Source of the DNA: Delftia acidovorans NBRC 14950
GTDB lineage: Bacteria; Pseudomonadota; Gammaproteobacteria; Burkholderiales; Burkholderiaceae_C
Length of the DNA: 32,000 nucleotides
Direction: 5' to 3'
Assembly (NCBI RefSeq): GCF_001598795.1
Contig: NZ_BCZP01000005.1
Span: forward strand, 270,001-302,000
Shown here: one piece after another, positions 8,330 through 15,726 of the stretch
How positions within the stretch are numbered: position 1 is the stretch's first letter
Layout of the letters: the number at the start of each line of letters is the position of its first letter
Translations under genes and position numbers: made by a program
The notes under the pieces: generated by a model
The model's database searches: none
The model's input: only the letters and a program-made list of their open reading frames with translations
What the model was told of the DNA's origin: nothing

Positions 8330-9467
8330 CACCGTGGACCCCACCGCGCAAGAACTGCAAACCGACAAAGGACACCGGCGCAACGCCTGGATCTGGGGCG
8401 CCCTGCTGCTGTCGGGCCTGGCCTGGGGCGGCTGGACGCTGGCCAGCGGGGGACCGAAGGCCGGCGAGCTGCAACTGGCCGCCTGGCTGGATGGCCGCGC
8501 GGGCGCGGCGCTGAACAAGGGCCTGCGCCTGCCTGCGCAGTCCTCGCTGGAAACCGGCCAGGCCGCGCTGCGCTACCGCCTGCTGGGCGACACGGGAGCG
8601 CAGGTGGCCCTGGGCTGCCCGCAATGGATGTTCTACCGCGACGGCCTGCGGCCCCAGCCCGGCACGGGCGCCGCGCCCTTCGAGGCGCGCCAGCGTCTGC
8701 TGCGCCACTGGACGCGGCAGTTGCAGGACAAAGGCATTGCCACCCTGGTGGTGGCCGTGCCCGACAAGTCGCGCATCGAGGCCGCCCATCTGTGCGGCCT
8801 GCCCGTGGCTCCCGTGATGCTCCAGCGCCTGGACCTGTGGCAGCAGCGCCTGCAGGCCGACGGCATTGCCTTCGCCGATCTGCGCCCCGCCCTGCAGGCT
8901 CAGGAGCAGTCACAGCCGGTGTTCTTTCGCACCGACGTGCACATGAATGCCGAGGGCGCACGCGCCGCCGCCCTGGCCGTGGCCCAGGCCGCGCTGCCGC
9001 TGCTGGGCGGGCAGCGCGGCGCCCAGGCCTTCGAGGAATCCGCGCCCGGGCCGCTGCAGCCGCTGCCCGGCGACCTGCTGGCCCTGGCCGGCCTGGCCGA
9101 CGCACCGGCAGGCTGGCGCCCGCAGCGCGACGAAATACGCCCCCAGGCCATCACCCCCGTGCGCGGCGGCGGCCTGCTGGACGAGACGCCGCCCGTGCAG
9201 GTGCTGCTGGCCGGAAGCTCCAACGGGCTGCGCAGCAATTTCGCGCCACAGCTCGGCCGCGCGCTGGGCCAGGAAGTCTGGAACCTCAGCATGGACGGCG
9301 GCCAGTTCAGCGGCGCCATGGTGGCCGCGCTCAAGCGCCGCGCCTCCTGGCCGGCCAGCCTGCGGCTGGTGATCTGGGAGTTCTCGGAAAACACCTTGTC
9401 CCTGCCCCTGACGGACGATGAAAAAGCGGCGCTCAAGGAGATGGACGCCGCCTCCCCGCCTGCGTGA
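8310..9467 (+). CDS. AlgJ-like SGNH-like O-acyltransferase, N-terminally membrane-anchored paralogue
   Basis: GTG start at 8310 (GGAG 7 nt upstream; overlaps the previous gene by 20 nt) or GTG at 8334. There is no in-frame ATG near the 5' end. TM anchor: AWIWGALLLSGLAWGGWTLA. Motifs: QWMFYRDG, the FFRTDVHMN Asp-x-His block (nt 8934-8942), and LLAGSSNG (Gly-x-Ser). Confidence 0.65.
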   Translation: MPRSRADTVDPTAQELQTDKGHRRNAWIWGALLLSGLAWGGWTLASGGPKAGELQLAAWLDGRAGAALNKGLRLPAQSSLETGQAALRYRLLGDTGAQVALGCPQWMFYRDGLRPQPGTGAAPFEARQRLLRHWTRQLQDKGIATLVVAVPDKSRIEAAHLCGLPVAPVMLQRLDLWQQRLQADGIAFADLRPALQAQEQSQPVFFRTDVHMNAEGARAAALAVAQAALPLLGGQRGAQAFEESAPGPLQPLPGDLLALAGLADAPAGWRPQRDEIRPQAITPVRGGGLLDETPPVQVLLAGSSNGLRSNFAPQLGRALGQEVWNLSMDGGQFSGAMVAALKRRASWPASLRLVIWEFSENTLSLPLTDDEKAALKEMDAASPPA

Positions 9468-9480
9468 CCCCGCCCGCTAC

Positions 9481-11061
9481 ATGCTGTTCAATTCCTATCT
9501 TTTCCTGCTGCTGTTCCTGCCCATCGCGCTGGCGGGCCACTACCTGGCCGGGGCCATCAGCCTGCGGCTGGCCGCGTTCTGGCTGTGCCTGACGTCCTTC
9601 GTCTTCTACGGCTGGTGGAACCCGCAGTTCGTCGCCCTGCTGGCCCTGTCCATCGCCTTCAACTACGTGGTGAGCCTGCTGATCCTGCGCTTTGCGGGCC
9701 GCGCGCGGCTGCAGGGGCTGGTCACCGCCCTGGGCGTGGGCGCCGACCTGGCGGCACTGTTCCACTACAAGTACTTCGCCACGCTGTTCAACTTCCTGGG
9801 CGAATGGGGGCTGACGCAGGGCGGCATGCACGAGCTGATCCTGCCCCTGGGCATCTCGTTCTTCACCTTCACCCAGATCGGCTACCTGCTGGACTGCCGC
9901 TCGGGCATCGTCAAGGAACGCAGCCTGCTCAGCTACGTGCTGTTCGTGACCTTCTTCCCGCACCTGATCGCGGGGCCCATCCTGCACCACAAGGAAATGA
10001 TGCCGCAGTTCGCGCAGCCGGATAACTACCGGTTCCGCGCGGACAACCTGTCCATCGGCGGCACGCTGTTCGTGATCGGCCTGGCCAAGAAGGTGCTGCT
10101 GGCCGACGAGATCGCGCCCTATGCAGACGCGGGCTTTGCCGCGCCCGGCGACCTGCAGTTCTGGGCCGCCTGGGGCGCCAGCCTCAGCTACGCGCTGCAG
10201 CTGTACTTCGACTTCTCGGGCTATTCGGACATGGCGCTGGGCCTGGCGCGCATGTTCGGCATCCGCTTCCCGCTGAACTTCAACTCGCCCTACAAGGCCG
10301 GCAGCATCATCGACTTCTGGGCGCGCTGGCACATGACGCTGACGCGCTACCTCACGGCCTACCTGTACTACCCCGTGGCCATGGCCATCTCGCGTGCACG
10401 CGAAAAGCGCGGCCTGTCCGTGGGCTCCAGCGCCGCGCGCACGCCCGGCGGCTTTGCGGCCACCATCGTCGTGCCCACGCTGTTCACCATGGGGTTGGCG
10501 GGCATCTGGCACGGTGCGGGCCTGCAGTACGTGATCTTCGGCCTGCTGCATGCCTTCTACCTGTCGGTCAACCATGCCTGGCGCATCTTCGTGGTCAGCC
10601 GCAAGCCGGCCGCCGCACGCAAGTCGGGCCGGGGCGTGCAGGCGCTGTGCGTTGTCATCACCTTCATCGCCGTGCTCATCGCCCAGACCTTCTTCCGCGC
10701 CCATGGCGTGGGCGACGCCATGCTGTTGCTCAAGGGCATGGCCGGCCTGCGCGGCGTGGAGGCGCTGGAATCGCTGTCGCACCTGCAGGGCCTGGCCGTG
10801 GGCGACGCGCTGCGGCTGGCCATAGGCCACCACATGCAGCTGGCCCTGGTCCTGCTGCTGCTGGCCATTGCCTGGTTCACGCCCAATGCCCACCAGATCC
10901 TGGGCCGCTTCTCGCCCGCCATGTTCAAGGTGCAGGAAGCGCCCCGCGCCTGGATGCGCTGGCGCCCCAGCGCAGGCTGGACGGCCGTGACCCTGGTCCT
11001 GCTCTTCCTGTGCCTGGTCAACCTGCACAAGGAAACCCGCTTCCTGTATTTCCAGTTCTGA
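9481..11061 (+). CDS. algI: AlgI-type membrane-bound O-acyltransferase (MBOAT)
   Basis: Start MLFNSYLFLLLFLPIALAGHY matches the AlgI N-terminus pattern; the track start at 9418 is a spurious extension. MBOAT hallmarks: FPHLIAGPI, LYFDFSGYSDMALGLARMFG, DFWARWHMTLTRYL, GIWHGAG (catalytic His). The C-terminal ...RFLYFQF matches the ...FLYFQF tail of P. aeruginosa AlgI as I recall it. Confidence 0.9.
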   Translation: MLFNSYLFLLLFLPIALAGHYLAGAISLRLAAFWLCLTSFVFYGWWNPQFVALLALSIAFNYVVSLLILRFAGRARLQGLVTALGVGADLAALFHYKYFATLFNFLGEWGLTQGGMHELILPLGISFFTFTQIGYLLDCRSGIVKERSLLSYVLFVTFFPHLIAGPILHHKEMMPQFAQPDNYRFRADNLSIGGTLFVIGLAKKVLLADEIAPYADAGFAAPGDLQFWAAWGASLSYALQLYFDFSGYSDMALGLARMFGIRFPLNFNSPYKAGSIIDFWARWHMTLTRYLTAYLYYPVAMAISRAREKRGLSVGSSAARTPGGFAATIVVPTLFTMGLAGIWHGAGLQYVIFGLLHAFYLSVNHAWRIFVVSRKPAAARKSGRGVQALCVVITFIAVLIAQTFFRAHGVGDAMLLLKGMAGLRGVEALESLSHLQGLAVGDALRLAIGHHMQLALVLLLLAIAWFTPNAHQILGRFSPAMFKVQEAPRAWMRWRPSAGWTAVTLVLLFLCLVNLHKETRFLYFQF

Positions 11062-11082
11062 AACACCTGTTGGAGAAAAACC

Positions 11083-11322
11083 ATGTCCCTGAATGACATC
11101 GAAACCAAGATTGCCCAGATCATCGGCGCCATCATCCTGACCTCGGTCGAGCCCGATACGCTGCTGCTCGAATCGGGCCTGGTGGACTCGCTGTCCGCCG
11201 TGGACGTGGCACTGGCCATCGAAAAGGAATTCGGCGTCAAGATACCGCCATCGGAGATCGACCTGCACCTGGAATCCGTGCACACGCTGGCGCAGTACGT
11301 GGCCGAGCAGCGCAAGGCCTGA
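11083..11322 (+). CDS. Stand-alone acyl/aminoacyl carrier protein (DltC/PCP-like)
   Basis: 79 aa with a GGAGA RBS. Phosphopantetheine-attachment context GLVDSLSAVDVALAIEKEFG, with the candidate Ser encoded at 11188-11190. The size and acidic helix pattern are typical of carrier proteins. Confidence 0.8.
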   Translation: MSLNDIETKIAQIIGAIILTSVEPDTLLLESGLVDSLSAVDVALAIEKEFGVKIPPSEIDLHLESVHTLAQYVAEQRKA

Positions 11323-11379
11323 TGCAGCGCCTGCACGCCGCCGCCCTGTCCCTTTGTCCCTGCGCAACAAGGAGCCCGC

Positions 11380-12864
11380 ATGCGATTCAGTTTTGACCGC
11401 TTCGACTTCACCGAGCCCGGCGCCGACACCGCGCGGCCCGCCGTGATCGATGCCGCCGGCACGCTGGACTGGCAGCAACTGGCCCAGGCCGTGGCGCAAT
11501 GGGAGCAGCAGGCGCTGGCGCGCGGCGCGCGGCGCGACGAGCCGCTGCTGATCACGGGGCACAAGGAGACCGCGTTTCTCGTGGCCATCCTCGGCTGCCT
11601 GCGCCTGGGCGTGCCCTTCGTGCCGGTGGACGTGATCAACCCGCCCGAGCGCATGGCGCGCATCGCCACGCTGGTGCAGGCCGGCCTGCACTACGACGCG
11701 CAGGCCCGCAGCTTCCTGGACACCGGCATCGCCGCGCAGCCGCTGCAGGAAAAGTCGCTGGCCTACATCATGTTCACCTCGGGCAGCACGGGCGATCCCA
11801 AAGGCGTGCAGATCGGGCGCGAGAGCCTGGGCCTGTTCGCCGGTTGGATACGCGACTGCCTGGCCCTGGGCGAGGCGCCGGTCTTCATGGACCAGATGCT
11901 GTTCAGCTTCGACTTTTCGCTGTTCAACTGGATGGGCGCCCTGGTCACGGGCGGTGCCTGCGTGCTGTGCGCGCGCGAGACCATTGCCGACCGCCAGGCC
12001 TTTGCCGCCTACCTGGCGGGCACCCATGTGAACGTCTGGGCATCCACGCCCTCCTTCGTGCGCCAGCAGCTGCTGGATGCAGACTTCGACCAGCAGCACC
12101 TGCCCGACCTGCGCGTCTTCGTCTTCGGCGCCGAATCGCTCACGCCCACCGTGGCCGAGGCGCTGTGGAGCCGCTTTCCCCAGGCGCGCATCATCAACTC
12201 CTACGGCCCCACCGAGGCCACCTGCTCCACCACCTGGGTGGAGATCGACCCCGCGCTGCGCCAGCGCGCGCCGCTGCCCTTTCCCATCGGCCGGGCCAAG
12301 CCCTATGCCGATGTGTTCCTGGACGAAGGCGAGATCTGCGTGGCCGGCGACCATGTGATGCGCGGCTACCTCAACCGCACCGACCTGCACGCCACACGCA
12401 TGTTCATGCGCAACGGCAAGCGCGGCTACCGCACGGGCGACCTGGGAGAGATCGACGGCGAGGGCCTGGTCACCTTCCACGGCCGGCGCGACGACCAGAT
12501 CAAGATGCACGGCTACCGCATCGAGCTGGCCGAGGTCGATGCCGTGCTGGCCACCCTGCCCGGCGTGCGCGCGGGCGCGGCGGTGGCACTCAAGCGGCCC
12601 GATGGCTTCATCGTGCGCATGATCGGCTTCGTGGACCTGGACCGCAGCGGCCCGCCCGGCATGCAGCCCCTGCCCGAAGACCTGGCCGGGTGGCGCGAAC
12701 TGCTGGCCCAGCGCGTGCCGCCCTACATGATTCCGTCGGAACTGCTGGCCTGCCACGGCTTTCCGCTAACGCAGACTGACAAGGCCGACCGCAAGCAACT
12801 GGAGCGCATGTACCTTGATGCACGCATGCGCCCCGCCAAGGAAACCAAGGACCCGCAGGCATGA
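11380..12864 (+). CDS. DltA-like stand-alone adenylate-forming enzyme (carrier-protein ligase)
   Basis: AAGGAG RBS. Adenylation core motifs: YIMFTSGSTGDPKGVQI (nt 11764-11808), NSYGPTEAT, YRTGDLG, GRRDDQIKMHGYRIELAEVD, and a terminal DKADRK lysine. The N-terminal half is colinear with B. subtilis DltA as remembered (PLLITGHKE..VAILGCLRLGVPFVPVD...PPERMARI versus PILVYGHME..VSFLGSVKAGHPYIPVD...PSERIAKI; FSFDFSLFNWMGALVTGG versus FSFDLSVMDIYPSLVTGG). Confidence 0.85.
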   Translation: MRFSFDRFDFTEPGADTARPAVIDAAGTLDWQQLAQAVAQWEQQALARGARRDEPLLITGHKETAFLVAILGCLRLGVPFVPVDVINPPERMARIATLVQAGLHYDAQARSFLDTGIAAQPLQEKSLAYIMFTSGSTGDPKGVQIGRESLGLFAGWIRDCLALGEAPVFMDQMLFSFDFSLFNWMGALVTGGACVLCARETIADRQAFAAYLAGTHVNVWASTPSFVRQQLLDADFDQQHLPDLRVFVFGAESLTPTVAEALWSRFPQARIINSYGPTEATCSTTWVEIDPALRQRAPLPFPIGRAKPYADVFLDEGEICVAGDHVMRGYLNRTDLHATRMFMRNGKRGYRTGDLGEIDGEGLVTFHGRRDDQIKMHGYRIELAEVDAVLATLPGVRAGAAVALKRPDGFIVRMIGFVDLDRSGPPGMQPLPEDLAGWRELLAQRVPPYMIPSELLACHGFPLTQTDKADRKQLERMYLDARMRPAKETKDPQA

Positions 12865-13562
12865 CCTCCGCTTTTTCCCCCGTGATGCGTACCGTCGCGC
12901 TCGCCCTGGCCGGCCTGGCCGGGCTCTCCTGCCTGCCCGCCGCGCATGCCGAAGGCACGCTGGCCCAGCTCTATGCGGCGCGCCCGCCCGCAGGCTCGTC
13001 CTTCGTGCGCGTGGTCCACCCCGACGCGGGCAGCCTGCGCGTGAAGATAGGCAGCGGCCCCGAGCAGACGCTGTCCGGCAGCAAGCCGGCCAGCAGCTAC
13101 GCCATCGTCAAGGGCGACACGCCCTTCGGCATTCAGCTGGACGGCAAGAGCGCCGGCAGTATGAAGGTGGCGCCGGGCAGCTTCACCACCCTGGTGCCGC
13201 AGCGCCCGGGCAGGAATGCGGCCGCGCGCTTCACGGCCATCGACGACTCCGGCGGCAGCCAGGACGCGCTCAAGGCCGAGCTGCGTTTCTACAACCTCAC
13301 CACGGACTGCCCCCAGGGCGGCCTGCAGGTCGCGCCCGCGGGCACGCCGCTGTTCACGGGCGTGGCGCCGGCCGCATCGGCCAGCCGCTCCATCAACCCG
13401 GTCAGTGCCCAGCTCGCCGCCACCTGCGCCACTGCGGCCAGCGCGCCGCTGGCGCTGCCACAGTTGCAGCCGGGCGACCACTACAGCCTGTTCATGACGG
13501 GTACGGCCGCCGCACCCGTGCTGCGCGGCCAGGCCAGCGCCACCGACACCTATCGTCCCTGA
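12861..13562 (+). CDS. algF: AlgF-like periplasmic protein (accessory component of Alg-type O-acylation)
   Basis: The start overlaps the upstream stop (ATGA at 12861-12864). Signal peptide: ...LSCLPAAHA|EG. Blocks parallel to P. aeruginosa AlgF as remembered: QLYAARPPAGSSFVRVVH (ALYGP.APKGS.FVR..N), SFTTLV (YYTLV), AELRFYNLT, RSINPVSAQLAA (REINPVKV.LAL), YSLFMTGTA. This rests on recall only. Confidence 0.6.
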   Translation: MTSAFSPVMRTVALALAGLAGLSCLPAAHAEGTLAQLYAARPPAGSSFVRVVHPDAGSLRVKIGSGPEQTLSGSKPASSYAIVKGDTPFGIQLDGKSAGSMKVAPGSFTTLVPQRPGRNAAARFTAIDDSGGSQDALKAELRFYNLTTDCPQGGLQVAPAGTPLFTGVAPAASASRSINPVSAQLAATCATAASAPLALPQLQPGDHYSLFMTGTAAAPVLRGQASATDTYRP

Positions 13563-13588
13563 CCCAGCCCAAGGAGACCGACACAGAC

Positions 13589-14734
13589 ATGCGCACCCGC
13601 TCCGTATTGCGTGAAGACCACCTGCTGTTCAAGGAACAGGTGGACCGATTCGTGGCCACCGAGATCCTGCCCCACATCAATGACTGGGAGGCCGAGGGCA
13701 TCACGCCGCGCGCCCTGTGGCGCAAGGCCGGCGACAGCGGCCTGCTGAACTGCGACCTGCCTCCGCCCTACGGCCAGGGCGGCGACTTCGGCCACGCGGC
13801 CGTGGTCATCGAGGCGCTGGCGCGCGCCAACTGCCTGGGCATCGGCTTTTCCATCCATTCCGACATGGTGGCGCCCTATCTCTGGAACTTCGGCACGCAG
13901 GTGCAGAAGGACCGCTGGCTGCCGCGCATGGCCACGGGCGAGCTGATTGGCGCCATCGCCCTGACCGAGCCCGGCGCGGGCAGCGACCTCAAGGCCGTGC
14001 GCACGCGCGCCCGGCGCAAGAGCGAGAGTGAAGGCGGCGGCTACGTGCTCAACGGACAGAAAACCTTCATCACCAACGGCGTCAACGCCGGCCTGATGGT
14101 GGTGCTGGCCAGCACCGAGCCCGACCTGGGCGCGCGCGGCCTGTCGCTGTTCGTGGTGGAAGAAGGCATGAAGGGCCTGGGCAAGGGACCGGCGCTGCGC
14201 AAGATAGGCCAGCACAGCCAGGACACCTGCGAGCTGTTCTTCGACGAACTGCACCTGCCGGCCGACCACCTGCTGGGGCGCGAGAACGCTGCCTTCGAGC
14301 ATGTGACCCAGGAGCTGGCGCAGGAACGGCTGGCGATCGCGCTGCGCGCGGCGGCCTCCACCGAAGGCATGCTGGACGAGGCCGCCGAGTTCGTGCGCAA
14401 CCGCAAGGTCTTCGGGCGCCGCGTGCTCGACTACCAGAACACCCGCTTCAAGTTCGCCGACGCCCTGGCCAAGACCACCATGCTGCGCGTCTTCCTGGAC
14501 GACTGCCTGACCCAGCACATGGAAGGCTCACTGGACTCCGTCACCGCCGCCATGGCCAAGCTCAACGCCACCGAGCTGCAGGGCCAGGTGCTGGACGAGC
14601 TGCTGCAACTGCACGGCGGCTACGGCTACATGGCCGAATACGGCATTGGCCGCGCCTGGGCCGATGCACGGGCGCTGCGCATCTTCGGCGGCAGCAGCGA
14701 AATCCTCAGAGAGATCATCGGCAAGCGCTTCTGA
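13589..14734 (+). CDS. Acyl-CoA dehydrogenase-family flavoprotein (substrate unknown; possibly acts on a carrier-protein thioester)
   Basis: ATG at 13589 lies 11 nt after AAGGAGA; the track ORF 12815-14734 has a spurious N-terminal extension. ACAD pattern throughout: LFKEQVDRF, GAIALTEPGAGSDL, GQKTFITNG, and the C-terminal RIFGGSSEILREIIGKRF. The gene sits 26 nt downstream of the algF-like stop. Confidence 0.85.
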   Translation: MRTRSVLREDHLLFKEQVDRFVATEILPHINDWEAEGITPRALWRKAGDSGLLNCDLPPPYGQGGDFGHAAVVIEALARANCLGIGFSIHSDMVAPYLWNFGTQVQKDRWLPRMATGELIGAIALTEPGAGSDLKAVRTRARRKSESEGGGYVLNGQKTFITNGVNAGLMVVLASTEPDLGARGLSLFVVEEGMKGLGKGPALRKIGQHSQDTCELFFDELHLPADHLLGRENAAFEHVTQELAQERLAIALRAAASTEGMLDEAAEFVRNRKVFGRRVLDYQNTRFKFADALAKTTMLRVFLDDCLTQHMEGSLDSVTAAMAKLNATELQGQVLDELLQLHGGYGYMAEYGIGRAWADARALRIFGGSSEILREIIGKRF

Positions 14735-14751
14735 CCCGGCAGCCACCGCGC

Positions 14752-15726
14752 TCAGCGGGCGGCGGCCTTCCACTCGCGCAGCAGTTGCCGGGCCTCTGGC
14801 GTGTCGTTCAGCACCCAGGGGTCGATGGCGAAGGCGACCACGCGCTGGGCGCCGTAGTCGCGGGCCACGTCCCACTGGCGGCGCACGCGCTCGAAGCTGG
14901 CCGTGCGCGCCTGGAAGTCCGAGCCATCGGGCCGCGTGGGCGGCAGTTGCTCGAACAGTTCCACGATGAGGTCGAACGGCGCCCTGCGCTCCAGCAGCAT
15001 CTGCTGCAGCGGTGCCAGCGCCTCGTAGTTGCGCAGGCCCGCCACGCCCACGCCGTCCTGCACCATGGGGCGCAGGGATACGCGGTCCAGCAGGATGCTC
15101 CACAGCGTGGGCAGGCTGCCCAGCGTCTGCAGCTGGCTGAAATAGGTGGAGATGCCGGGCACTTGGCCGGATGTGGCCGCTGCCGCCTGCGCCAGTGGCT
15201 GCAGTGCGCTCACCAGCAGCTCGATGCGCTCGGGCGCGGCCCAGTGGTATTGCTCCAGCTCGTAGGGGATGTACCAGCCGCGAAACGCCGCATGGCGCGG
15301 CCAGGTGCTGGTGTACATGTGGCTGGCGCCCTGCTCGGCGATATGCGCCAGGTAGGGCGCGGGGCCTGCGGCGTTGGAAAGGCTGATCTGCTTCCACCAG
15401 CGCTCGTCATAGGGCAGGCCCAGGTGCACGCCCATGCCCAGTTCGGTGCAGATGTCCAGCAAGTCGGCGATCTGCGCGTCGGCCAGCATCCAGCTGTCCG
15501 CCTCGGAATCGCCTTGCAGGCCGCTCCATTGCACGAACAGCTCCCGGCAGCCCAACGCCTGGGTGGCGGCCAGGCGCTGGCGCCATTGATCGCGCGGCAT
15601 CTCCAGATGGCTGCGCCACGGCTGCAGGAAACTGCCCGACACGGGCGCCGAGGCCGCGCAACCGACCAGCGAGGCACAGGCGGCGGCCGCGCCGGCGCCG
15701 AGGAATTCGCGTCTGGACAAATGCAT
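14752..15726 (-). CDS. Tat-exported lipoprotein, DUF4434-like (glycoside-hydrolase-like TIM barrel) protein
   Basis: Start at MHLSRREFLGAGAAAACASLVGC: a twin-arginine motif SRREFL followed by a lipobox LVGC. Blocks GSFLQPW....W...L......G..ELFVQWSG and GWYIPYELE resemble the DUF4434 family as I recall it. The gene is convergent with the EPS operon (17 nt between stops). Confidence 0.55.
   Translation of the reverse strand: MHLSRREFLGAGAAAACASLVGCAASAPVSGSFLQPWRSHLEMPRDQWRQRLAATQALGCRELFVQWSGLQGDSEADSWMLADAQIADLLDICTELGMGVHLGLPYDERWWKQISLSNAAGPAPYLAHIAEQGASHMYTSTWPRHAAFRGWYIPYELEQYHWAAPERIELLVSALQPLAQAAAATSGQVPGISTYFSQLQTLGSLPTLWSILLDRVSLRPMVQDGVGVAGLRNYEALAPLQQMLLERRAPFDLIVELFEQLPPTRPDGSDFQARTASFERVRRQWDVARDYGAQRVVAFAIDPWVLNDTPEARQLLREWKAAAR

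Noticed and set aside
3818-8518. A 1566-aa minus-strand ORF antisense to the nfrB-like, nfrA-like and algX-like genes. Similar giant antisense ORFs occur at 9433-12756 (-), 17590-20226 (-), 26165-28030 (-), 21223-22428 (-), 15886-17445 (+), 23235-24728 (+) and 24665-26059 (+).
   Set aside because: Their translations are Arg/Gly/Ala/Pro/Gln-rich low-complexity strings without recognisable motifs. Stop-free antisense frames are expected in DNA this GC-rich. In every case the opposite strand encodes a protein with clear family motifs.
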